A DNA stretch of 64,000 nucleotides from a virus. Of this stretch, positions 39,636-48,492 are shown one piece after another. The translations under genes were made by a program, and so were the position numbers. How positions within the stretch are numbered: position 1 is the first letter of the stretch; every line of letters begins with the position of its first letter. Under the pieces are notes generated by a model, which had not been told where the DNA came from, searched no databases, and saw nothing but the letters and a program-made list of their open reading frames with translations. The stretch spans positions 8,934-72,933 of IMG/VR virus record IMGVR_UViG_3300010397_000005. One strand, 5' to 3'.

Positions 39636-40973
39636 ATGAGCGACGATCTCAACCTCCCCCCATCCCTCCGTCTCAAGCACCTCTGGCCCATCGAGGACAA
39701 GCTGGAGGACGCGCGGCGACAACTAGCGAAGTCGGGCGGATTAGGCAACGTTATCGTCGATCTCCCCAGTCCTCATGCCAAGCAGGAATTGTTCATCGAT
39801 AGCCAAGCCAAGCGCATCATCGTCCGCGCAGGTCGTCGTGGCGGGAAGACTGTTGGGATTGCGATTCGTGCGGTGCGCAAGTTCCTCGCCGGAAAACGCG
39901 TGCTCTACGCCGCGCCGACACAAGAGCAGATCGATCGTTTCTGGGTGACGGTTACGCGGGCGCTGGCCGATCCAATTGAGAAAGGCAAGATTCACAAAAA
40001 CGAAACTCGCCACACGCTGGAGATCCTCGGTTCTGAGCGTCGTATTCGTGCTAAAACCGCTTGGAATGCCGACTCCCTGCGCGGCGACTACGCCGACGAG
40101 CTAATCCTCGACGAGTGGCAACTGATGAACGAGGACGCGTGGGGCGTGGTTGGTGCGCCTATGCTGCTCGACAACAACGGCGACGCAGTCTTCATCTATA
40201 CGCCGCCCAGTCTTAAATCGCGCAGCGTGAGTAAGGCAACCGATCCGCAGCACGCCGCCAAGATGTACCGCCGCGCGCAGATGGACAAATCAGGACGCTG
40301 GGAATCGTTCCACTTCTCATCCTTCGACAACCCGCACATTCCCGCCGAGGCTGTTAGCGAGCTGGCGGAAGACATGAGCGCTCTGGCCTATCGCATGGAG
40401 ATTATGGCCGAGGACATCGACGAAGCGCCGGGAGCGCTCTGGACGCGCGGGTTGATTGAGAAACAGCGACTGAAATCAGACGTGAGCGACGATATGGAAC
40501 GAATCGTCGTGGCGATAGATCCATCTGCTACCAGTACTGGAGACGAGGCTGGGGTCGTTACAGTTGGACGAGTAAAGAAGAACGGTTACGTACTATCCGA
40601 TGACAGCGTGCAGGGCTCGCCGAAAACATGGGCCACCGCCGCGGTTAACGCCTATCACGCGTGGAAGGCTGACTGCATTGTTGCCGAGTCTAATAACGGC
40701 GGCGAGATGGTGGCGCTGACGGTGGCGACGGTTGATCCGAACATCAAGGTCAAACTGGTCCATGCGTCCCGCGGTAAACAAACGAGAGCCGAACCCATTG
40801 CTTCGCTGTACGAGCACGCGCGGATCTGGCACGCAGGAAACTTCCCGTTACTGGAAGATGAAATGTGTCTCTGGCAACCGGGTGCAGGGAATAGTCCAAA
40901 TCGGTTAGATGCGCTGGTGTGGGGGTTGACTGAAGTAATGCTGAACGAAAAGAGGAAGGTGCTCTATGCGTAG
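39636..40973 (+). CDS. terL: Terminase large subunit
   Basis: AGRRGGKT, YAAPT, LRGD...LILDE, YTP, AIDPS, ESNNGG, GKQTRAEP, SPNRLDALVW. Confidence 0.95.
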   Translation: MSDDLNLPPSLRLKHLWPIEDKLEDARRQLAKSGGLGNVIVDLPSPHAKQELFIDSQAKRIIVRAGRRGGKTVGIAIRAVRKFLAGKRVLYAAPTQEQIDRFWVTVTRALADPIEKGKIHKNETRHTLEILGSERRIRAKTAWNADSLRGDYADELILDEWQLMNEDAWGVVGAPMLLDNNGDAVFIYTPPSLKSRSVSKATDPQHAAKMYRRAQMDKSGRWESFHFSSFDNPHIPAEAVSELAEDMSALAYRMEIMAEDIDEAPGALWTRGLIEKQRLKSDVSDDMERIVVAIDPSATSTGDEAGVVTVGRVKKNGYVLSDDSVQGSPKTWATAAVNAYHAWKADCIVAESNNGGEMVALTVATVDPNIKVKLVHASRGKQTRAEPIASLYEHARIWHAGNFPLLEDEMCLWQPGAGNSPNRLDALVWGLTEVMLNEKRKVLYA

Positions 40974-41016
40974 CTCGCACGGAGCCAATATCAGACCGCG
41001 GCGGGTGTTGTATGCT

Positions 41017-41062
41017 TAAAAGGCTGAGCTAGATCGTCTTATCGACAAATCTACCCAGCCTT
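41017..41062 (-). terminator. Hairpin/terminator between convergent terL and minus-strand genes
   Basis: AAGGCTG...TAGAT/ATCTA...CAGCCTT followed by TTAA on the minus strand. Confidence 0.55.
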
Positions 41063-41122
41063 GCGGAAAGAGCGCCGGGCCTCCAACTCGCGGGGCGCTC
41101 GTTCGAGTCGAACTTAGCTTAC

Positions 41123-41329
41123 TCATTTTGAGGGATGATGGCAATGACGTTTCCAGTGCTTATTGTCGTGCGGTTGTCGTGGATCTGCGCGTAGTTTCTT
41201 TTTACGTCCACCGACTACGACGGTGGCATTCTTAGCTTGCTCGGCAGTAATCACACCACCTGCTTTTAATGCCTCGACGACAGCTTTACCGAATTGTTCA
41301 GCCTGTTTCTTAGTTGTACATTTTCCCAT
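41123..41329 (-). CDS. Small basic protein
   Basis: 68 aa, Lys/His-rich; GAGGG RBS lies inside a long stem. Confidence 0.55.
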   Translation of the reverse strand: MGKCTTKKQAEQFGKAVVEALKAGGVITAEQAKNATVVVGGRKKKLRADPRQPHDNKHWKRHCHHPSK

Positions 41330-41469
41330 CGAATTAAACCCTCAGTGCGGTGGGGAGGTGTTTGACCGTGATACTATAACGGCTTACCCTTTCGCGGCCT
41401 TGTCCTCCTACCGTGTGCCACCGCACTCAAGGTTCAATTCCATGTTTTGTCGTAAGAGTGGCAAGAGCA

Positions 41470-41694
41470 TCAGTTACGTACCGGAACGACATTTCCTACC
41501 GCGGTTTTACTCTCAACACCTGTGAGCCGAACCGTTACGTCGCGACCCCTGCCACACTGGTTCGGACATGGCCCCTTAATGGACAATGGTCCAATTTTAG
41601 CAACGATAAGACGCATCTCCTGACAAACCTCGCAACGCCGTTTGGTTGGATAAGAAGTCTCTTTGTTTACCGAGATTGATAGCAAACCAGCCAT
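41470..41694 (-). CDS. Small zinc-binding protein
   Basis: CEVC...CPNQC; probable start at ATG 41694 after a hairpin. Confidence 0.5.
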   Translation of the reverse strand: MAGLLSISVNKETSYPTKRRCEVCQEMRLIVAKIGPLSIKGPCPNQCGRGRDVTVRLTGVESKTAVGNVVPVRN

Positions 41695-41814
41695 AGTGTT
41701 CACTTTCCCAACCGGAGCCAACCCACCGCGTCCCTCGCACAGCAGGCCAGCTCCGGTCGCCATACAGGAAAACCACTCCACGGGGAGTGATTGAGAGCGA
41801 TAATAGCACGACAC

Positions 41815-42642
41815 TTACTTGCCCTCGTCTCGCTTCTCAGCAATTACCGTATTCTTCTTTCGGTTCGTTTCCACTGATTTTAGGGGTGCGAATTTCCAGC
41901 ATTTACCGCATTGCCGAGGCTGCTCTACTCGTGGAATAAAGCGATGACCGCAGTGCCTGCACGTGGCGTAAACCAATTTAACCATAGGAGAAGAATCTAT
42001 ATCCTCTGTAGTATTTAGCGTATCAATTTGTACAATATCTTGCAAGTCCTTTCTTGTCGCTCGTATCGAGCGTCGCTTTTTAGTTGTACGCTTGGAGCGA
42101 TGTAGACCAATTGTCGAGTCTTTCTCGAGATAGTTGATCACTTTACGAAGTACGTCTGGATCGTCGTTAAACTTTCCTATTGAGGTGTTACAGTGAACAC
42201 ATAACAAGCCGCGAACGTGTCCGGTTTTTGGGTTATGATCTACTGCTAAAGGGCGACTTTTCTGAGGCTTTCCGCAAATAGCACAGCCGCCACCTTGCGC
42301 GACTCGTAATTGCTCATATTCAGCGTCGGTGATTCCGTATTCATGCCAGCGCCGTCCCATCGACTTTGACTGAGCGGTTCGGACGGGAGAGCAGGCAATG
42401 CAGACAAACCGTGATCTTCCGTTACCGTTACCGCGAGGTTTACGACACCTGTCGCAGAGATTCGCTGCCCTATTTCGTATTCGAGCGCGCTTCGCTGACG
42501 CGATGGTCTTGTTTGCGTGATTGCGGCAGAGTGTCCGTGTGCCATCTTCTCCGCGAGGCTTCCCACACCGTAGGCATAAACCCAGTATTACGCGCTGTCT
42601 TTGAGCTGGGGATGGTCCCCTAGTTTTTCCCTCTATTGACAT
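41815..42642 (-). CDS. Endonuclease VII-like nuclease with flanking zinc ribbons
   Basis: YGIT..EYEQL...QGGGCAICG...LAVDHNPKTGHVRGLLCVHCN..IG.F.DD...L...INYL. Confidence 0.9.
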   Translation of the reverse strand: MSIEGKTRGPSPAQRQRVILGLCLRCGKPRGEDGTRTLCRNHANKTIASAKRARIRNRAANLCDRCRKPRGNGNGRSRFVCIACSPVRTAQSKSMGRRWHEYGITDAEYEQLRVAQGGGCAICGKPQKSRPLAVDHNPKTGHVRGLLCVHCNTSIGKFNDDPDVLRKVINYLEKDSTIGLHRSKRTTKKRRSIRATRKDLQDIVQIDTLNTTEDIDSSPMVKLVYATCRHCGHRFIPRVEQPRQCGKCWKFAPLKSVETNRKKNTVIAEKRDEGK

Positions 42643-42672
42643 TTGTTTCTTAGGTAGACTATACTACATTCT

Positions 42673-42873
42673 ATGAAACTCGGAAAGATAATTCGCAGGT
42701 ATCGTGTAACCAGCGAACTAACCCTGCGTGATGTCGGTAAGGAGATTGGCATCGGTGCGGCGACATTGATGCGCTTGGAGCAGGGACGGGAGCCGGACGG
42801 GATTACGCTGGCGAAAGTGTTGGGCTGGCTGATGTCGCCGGAGGCGAACGGCACGCGGAAGGAGCGTAAATGA
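42673..42873 (+). CDS. Cro/C1-type (XRE) HTH regulator (leaderless)
   Basis: LTLRDVGKEIGIGAATLMRLEQGREP; TTGACA-18-TATACT (42636..42665) lies 7 nt before the ATG. Confidence 0.85.
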   Translation: MKLGKIIRRYRVTSELTLRDVGKEIGIGAATLMRLEQGREPDGITLAKVLGWLMSPEANGTRKERK

Positions 42874-43279
42874 GTGAGAGGCCGACTGTATCTCTTAAGC
42901 AAGGTGTTAGCTGTATAGGCGTGCTGCTGGCTTTGCTTATACACACACCACTATGGTACTGGCTGGTTTATCAGATTCTTGTGAGAATCGACGCTACTCC
43001 GACAATGTGGGTCTTCTACTGGATCTATCTTCCGGTGGGGCTAGTACTGGCGTTTATTCGCGTTATCACGGATGGTTTACTTGCAGAAAAGAAGTGACAA
43101 CGGAGGCTCGAGCAATGAGTGAACGGGACGACGACATGACGGGCGGAGAGGTGGGCTGTGCGTTAGTGATCGCGGTGTTTTTACTTGTTCTGATGATTGT
43201 GATTATTGACAAGAAGAATGTTAGCGAGATTCGCGACCTCCAGCGGAGAGTGTCGCAATTAGAGAGCGAGAGACGATGA
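42870..43279 (+). CDS. Two small membrane proteins (42870-43097 and the 3' part of 42953-43279)
   Basis: Hydrophobic TM segments; coupled starts and stops. Confidence 0.55.
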
Positions 43280-43692
43280 TTTGTCGATGCAATTGCCATG
43301 CGGAACACTTTAGCCGAGCAACGTGCTCGCACTGCTACCCGCTTGTGCTGTTCTGTGGTTCGCGGTCGTGGGACAACCAGCGACTGGTAGATCGTCTTAT
43401 GGTCCAACTGGGTAACTTGCTAAACTGGCGATTTCATGTAGTTCAGGGCGGGGCGCGCGGCGGTGATGAGCAGGCGTGGCTGGCGGCAAAGAAGCTGAAC
43501 GTTCCGGTGACAACCCTGAAAGCCGACTGGCGTAAGCACGGGAAGCGTGCCGGGTACTTGCGAAACATCACCATGCTGGAAATGCAGCCGCAATACGTCG
43601 TGGCTTTGTGGGACGGCGTTAGTCGCGGCACGTTGCATACAATTGAGAAGGCTGTAGGGCTGTATCGGATACCGACGATGATTGTGGGGTAG
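43276..43692 (+). CDS. SLOG-family (DUF2493/YspA-related) protein
   Basis: LFCGSRSW, VQGGARGGD, ADWRKHGKRAGYLRN..M, WDGVSRGT. Confidence 0.85.
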   Translation: MICRCNCHAEHFSRATCSHCYPLVLFCGSRSWDNQRLVDRLMVQLGNLLNWRFHVVQGGARGGDEQAWLAAKKLNVPVTTLKADWRKHGKRAGYLRNITMLEMQPQYVVALWDGVSRGTLHTIEKAVGLYRIPTMIVG

Positions 43693-43814
43693 CGATGACA
43701 TGGAACTACGAGAACTATCAATCGGCTTCGCGCTGCTGGTCATCCTTGGCGTGATCGTTTACTGGTTATCGAATTGACAACTTGAAATTACGTGGGGTCA
43801 TTGAGGGCGGCACT

Positions 43815-43950
43815 TGCGGCGTACCTCAGCGGTAGAGGGGCTGACTAAGTATGAAACTGTAAGCAGAGACAACCAGGGCCAGCTCGTGAAACCTGTCAGC
43901 AACGCGAGCCAGCCCTAATCGTTCACTTCATGGGATTGAAGTCCGGCGCA
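43815..43950 (+). ncRNA. tRNA 5'-half-like structured element (not an intact tRNA)
   Basis: TGCGGCG-TA-CCTC-AGCGGTA-GAGG-G-GCTGA-CT fits tRNA positions 1-33; no T-arm follows. Confidence 0.4.
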
Positions 43951-43995
43951 TTATAACCTCAACTCAACTTATAAATCCATGCTAAAGTCCGTCCG

Positions 43996-46900
43996 ATGGC
44001 CGCAGCGGTACGCACCAGTGCAGTAGGCGGATCGTCTTCCGGGACCGGGAATCGTAACGCGACGATTACCCCGGCGTCCGGCGACCTGCTTGTGGTCTAT
44101 TGCTGCGTCGCGGCCAATACCAATGACACTCCTACCTGCTCTGACGATAACGGCTCCGGCACTTACGATCTGATCGAGACGATGAATTTCGCCATTTCTG
44201 GCGTGAACTATCGCATGAGCGTGTTCATCCGCACGGCGCTGATGGTTAATACGACTTCGACGGTAGTGACGGTGGCGACGGGAAGTAACAGTTCGGGCGC
44301 GGTCCACGTGCTCGCCATCACTGGAGTCACTCGCACTGGGGCCAACGCAGTTCGTTCCTCTGGCTCGCAGAACAACCAAGCCGCCGCTACTGCCGCGCCA
44401 ACGCTTAATCAAGCGGCGCTCACTCTCAACCCCACTCTCGTCGCGCACGGCTCAGCCGACACGACCACTACCCCGCCCACCAACTGGACTGAGATTCAGG
44501 ACACGAACTTCGCCAATGACACCGTGGCGCTGGAGACGGCGTTTCGCGCATCCGGCTTCACGGGCACGACGATTACTTTCGGCGCGGCGTCTTCGACTCA
44601 ATTCTGTTCGCACGCAATGGAGCTGGATACGACAGTCCTGCTCAGTCAGTCAGCTTCGGACGATGTCAATAACCTCGCCGACGCGCGCGGGGTAGGCTAT
44701 GGCAATCTCCATACCGACTCGTTCACGCTCTCGGACACGGCGCAGGTAGTGCTTGGCTACGTATTGAGTGCCAGCGATAACATAAACAATCTTGCGGACG
44801 GGACCGCACAAGTGGTCGGAATCATCACCTCGCTCGCCGACTCGCTGGCAACTCTCGCTGACGCTAACGCGCGACTGCTCGGCTATCTCCTTGCTCTTGC
44901 TGATACGACCGCCGCGAACTGGGCGGACGCGCATCAGCTCTTACTCGCGCAACGCCTCGCCCTCGCCGACAACTCGTTCAACGCGGCGGATGCCGCAGTA
45001 CTGCAACTTGACCAGCTTACCTTACTCGCTGACTCTTTCTCACTCGGCGATTCCGAATCTCACCTGCTCGCAATCACGCTCGACTTTTCCGATTCAATCG
45101 ACAGCCTGGCTGACTCGGTTCGTTTTGAGCAGGGGTTGACCCTCGCGGACGCTGGCCCCTTCGTCGAATCCGCGACTTCCACTCCCGCAAACGTCGTCTA
45201 CCTCGATCCGGGCGGCGACGCTGTTCAGGCGACGGGTTATTTCAACGTTGCGGGCGGGTCAGGCACACTCAACTTCGATTCTACCCGGCAAGTTGTGGGC
45301 ATCGGTTCGTGGAAGTTCGACTCTGGTGGAGATAACAGTCTTACTCACGCGACGGTAAACGGCGTATTGACTGATGGTCTGGGCAATAACAATCGGCGCA
45401 TCAGTTTTTATTTTCGTTACGACTCAGTACCGGAAACGCTGACCACGATAGTACGAACACTGGAAGCGGCAGGTGGCCCGATTTTCTCGCTGGCGCTGCT
45501 TGATCGGGCCGGGGAAGTCGGGTTGAGGCTCACTACGGCGGTTGACTCCGTTGATAGCGTTGCGTCTCTTGCTCCGCATGAGTGGCACCGGATCAGCGTG
45601 GCCTATACCTTGCCCTCGGCTGATGATCTCTCGGTTAATGTATACTTTGATTCAATACTGGTCCTGACACTTGCAAACGTCTCCACCGGTGGTTTATCTC
45701 CGGCCTCAAACTTTCGCTATGGCTGGATTGAACAGCCGGGCGCGGATCGGATCTGCTGGTTCGATCAAATCTACCTCGACGATGGCGGCGATCTAACCGA
45801 TCCGGGCGACATCCGCAGCACCGCAAAACTCCCCGCCACCGTCAACGCTGACAACTTCGACACTACAGGCGGCACAGGCGCAGTCAACGAGCGTCCGGTA
45901 GACCTCACCAACTATCGCCAGCAAGCCGCCACCGCGCAAGTCCATCAAAACTACACGCTACAGACAGCCAGCGCCGGCGACGTGGATATTTCCAGTAAAA
46001 CGATCGTCGGCTACATGGGTTGGGTGATCGCCAAGAAGTCCGGCTTCGGCGCTACGTTTGGCTTTACCGTTAACGGTGTAACTACCGCAATTCAGCTTTC
46101 AACGACTCCTGCTTTTATAAAACTACCCGTTACCGACGCAGCCTACCCCAGTGACCCTGCCGGTATCGGAATGCGCAGCACTACGAGCAGCAACGACACT
46201 TTTCTCTATGAGTGCGGCGTCGTAGTAGCATTTCGGGAGACGCAGTCAGGACACGATGCAATCGCGCTGGGTTACGGCTTACTTACCAGCGACTCATTCG
46301 CCCTGACCGATGACTGCGTTACTCAACTGTACCAGCACCTCACCCTGTTCGATTCTCTCGACAACCTCGCCGACTCAATCATATTGCAACTCCACGAGGT
46401 CACAGGCGAGATCGTCCTCGAATTGGACGACGTGCTCGTGTTGGGCGACAGCGTAGACTTCCTGCTGGGTGAACTGGTCGAAGTCTCAAGCACGTTAATC
46501 CTGAGCGATAGCGTCACGGCCCAGTTAGACCACCTCGTCACATTCTCGGATTCGATCTTACCTGCCGATAGCGAGTCCCATGTCCTCGGCTATGAGGAAT
46601 CTGTCGTTGACGTGCTCTCGCTCACCGACGTGGAAGCCCACCTACTGGCCTACCTGCTCTCATTTAGTGAGACGGTCTCACTTGCAGATAGTCTCGCACT
46701 CAGCCCCGGACTGGCCTTGAGTGACAGCGTCGTCGCTTTCCTTGATGAAATCTCCCTGCAACTGGCCCACTTGTCCGGTTTCAGCGATTCGTTCTTACTT
46801 ACCGACAGCGTCGTTATCGTCCTCGGTTACGAAGAGCGTGCGAGCGACGCCCTGTTGCTCGCTGATGCTGAGACGCGCCAAGTAGGCCAATTGCGCGCGT

Positions 46901-48369
46901 TTGCTGACTCGCTGGTCGTCACCGATGAAGTCGCACTTGGACTCGGGTTATTGCTCGCGGATAGTGTCACAACCCTCACTGATGCAATCTCGACTCAATT
47001 CCACCAACTCCTCGACTTCAGTGATTCGCTAATCCTCGCAGACAACGCATCGTTCCAACTTGGCTACGAGCACCAATTCAGCGACTCGATCGATCTCACC
47101 GATAGTGAATTACACCAACTCAATCAACGCCTCGCGTTCACTGACTCGATCAACAACCTGAGCGATTCCCTGACACTGACTCTCGGCGCTGCACTCAATT
47201 TCACTGACTCACTCACACTCACTGATTCTCTCCAGCTAGGCTATGGTCTATTCCTTGCCGACGATACCAATCTCTACATGGACGACATCCTCACTACTGC
47301 ACCGCAGGGGCCACTGCGCCAAGTCGGGGTGACGGATGCGTTACAGGATCTCACTGATGAAGTTCAACTGCGACTCAACTATTTACTCACAGTTGCAGAT
47401 GATAGCGCGACGTTTGACGACTCAGTCTTACTACAACTGGGTTTCCTTGCGACTCTCAGTGACTCTTATTCACTCGCCGACTCTCTTGCAGCTACTTTAG
47501 ACTACCTGCAACCACTGGGCGATTCGCTTGCGTTGAGTGACGTGGTCCAATTGCGGCTGGGTTATGAGATTCCCACGTCAGACACGTTGCAACTGAGTGA
47601 CCTCACTGCGCTCCGGCTCAGTTATCAGCTATCGACAGACGACTCGATCTTACTAGCTGATTCGATCTTTCTTGCGGCTGAACTGCGTTTCACGTCGAGC
47701 GATCTCATCTCACTAACCGATACTGAAGATGCAACGCTCGGTTATTGCACGTCACTGTCAGACTCTTTTGTACTCAACGACAGTGTTCAGCTTCGACTGG
47801 GATTTGAACTGGCAATCGTTGATACAATCTCGCTGAGCGATACTGAATCCACCTCTCTCACCTACCACCTCCCACTTGCAGATAATGTCGCATTATTAGC
47901 TGATTCAGTCACTTTAACCCCCGGTTTGGGCCTCATTATCAGCGATAACGGGCCAGTCTTCACTGAGTCGATCTCCTTGTTTAGCACAGGCCGGTTGCAA
48001 CTTGCCGACGCACTCGCGCTCGCTGATTCGCTCACAAAGTTTAGCGCAGGATTTATCCAGTTCGAGGACACGCTTGCACTCACCGATAGCGTTGCCATCG
48101 ACCTGCGCGGGCCGGACTTGGACGAAGTGCTCAGCGACGCGCTGCAACTCGCCGACGCAGTCTCGCTCTCCCTTAACGACGAACTGCGACTGGAGTTGCA
48201 ACTCACTGATCTCGTCACGCTCTCAGACCACTATTTCGATCTCCGCTACCCCTATACCCCTAGCGCCAGACGACATATTGTAGTACCATCCCGCACAAGG
48301 GTGACGAGGCCAGTGAAGCGGAGTGGGATTATCGTGCCGTCGAGTGACAGGACAACGAGAGTTGAGTGA
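43996..48369 (+). CDS. Large Asp-repeat fibre-like virion protein with an inserted ConA/LamG-like domain
   Basis: Roughly 40 repeats of ~19-21 aa (xSDSxxLxD); HEWHRISV...VYFD...WFDQIYLDD LamG-like insert; Arg-rich C-terminus. Confidence 0.65.
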   Translation: MAAAVRTSAVGGSSSGTGNRNATITPASGDLLVVYCCVAANTNDTPTCSDDNGSGTYDLIETMNFAISGVNYRMSVFIRTALMVNTTSTVVTVATGSNSSGAVHVLAITGVTRTGANAVRSSGSQNNQAAATAAPTLNQAALTLNPTLVAHGSADTTTTPPTNWTEIQDTNFANDTVALETAFRASGFTGTTITFGAASSTQFCSHAMELDTTVLLSQSASDDVNNLADARGVGYGNLHTDSFTLSDTAQVVLGYVLSASDNINNLADGTAQVVGIITSLADSLATLADANARLLGYLLALADTTAANWADAHQLLLAQRLALADNSFNAADAAVLQLDQLTLLADSFSLGDSESHLLAITLDFSDSIDSLADSVRFEQGLTLADAGPFVESATSTPANVVYLDPGGDAVQATGYFNVAGGSGTLNFDSTRQVVGIGSWKFDSGGDNSLTHATVNGVLTDGLGNNNRRISFYFRYDSVPETLTTIVRTLEAAGGPIFSLALLDRAGEVGLRLTTAVDSVDSVASLAPHEWHRISVAYTLPSADDLSVNVYFDSILVLTLANVSTGGLSPASNFRYGWIEQPGADRICWFDQIYLDDGGDLTDPGDIRSTAKLPATVNADNFDTTGGTGAVNERPVDLTNYRQQAATAQVHQNYTLQTASAGDVDISSKTIVGYMGWVIAKKSGFGATFGFTVNGVTTAIQLSTTPAFIKLPVTDAAYPSDPAGIGMRSTTSSNDTFLYECGVVVAFRETQSGHDAIALGYGLLTSDSFALTDDCVTQLYQHLTLFDSLDNLADSIILQLHEVTGEIVLELDDVLVLGDSVDFLLGELVEVSSTLILSDSVTAQLDHLVTFSDSILPADSESHVLGYEESVVDVLSLTDVEAHLLAYLLSFSETVSLADSLALSPGLALSDSVVAFLDEISLQLAHLSGFSDSFLLTDSVVIVLGYEERASDALLLADAETRQVGQLRAFADSLVVTDEVALGLGLLLADSVTTLTDAISTQFHQLLDFSDSLILADNASFQLGYEHQFSDSIDLTDSELHQLNQRLAFTDSINNLSDSLTLTLGAALNFTDSLTLTDSLQLGYGLFLADDTNLYMDDILTTAPQGPLRQVGVTDALQDLTDEVQLRLNYLLTVADDSATFDDSVLLQLGFLATLSDSYSLADSLAATLDYLQPLGDSLALSDVVQLRLGYEIPTSDTLQLSDLTALRLSYQLSTDDSILLADSIFLAAELRFTSSDLISLTDTEDATLGYCTSLSDSFVLNDSVQLRLGFELAIVDTISLSDTESTSLTYHLPLADNVALLADSVTLTPGLGLIISDNGPVFTESISLFSTGRLQLADALALADSLTKFSAGFIQFEDTLALTDSVAIDLRGPDLDEVLSDALQLADAVSLSLNDELRLELQLTDLVTLSDHYFDLRYPYTPSARRHIVVPSRTRVTRPVKRSGIIVPSSDRTTRVE

Positions 48370-48492
48370 GTCATGGTTGATCTAATCAGAGAATTCTTGT
48401 TCTGGAAAATTGTTCCAGTTCTTCTTGTGATCGCCCTAATCTGCGAAGTTGTTAAACTGGCAGCGACTATTTACGTGCTGGTAAAAAGTTAG

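Noticed and set aside
41020-41122. tRNA suggested by GTTCGAGTC
   Set aside because: No D-arm or anticodon arm at correct spacing and no CCA. It folds better as independent hairpins between convergent genes.
41426-41445. tRNA T-loop GGTTCAATTCC
   Set aside because: It is one arm of the 23-bp stem; there is no cloverleaf upstream.
43860-43910. SAM-I riboswitch suggested by GAAACC..CAGCAAC
   Set aside because: Lacks the ATC.AGAG P1 start, the kink-turn and the GGTGC.AA.TCC elements.
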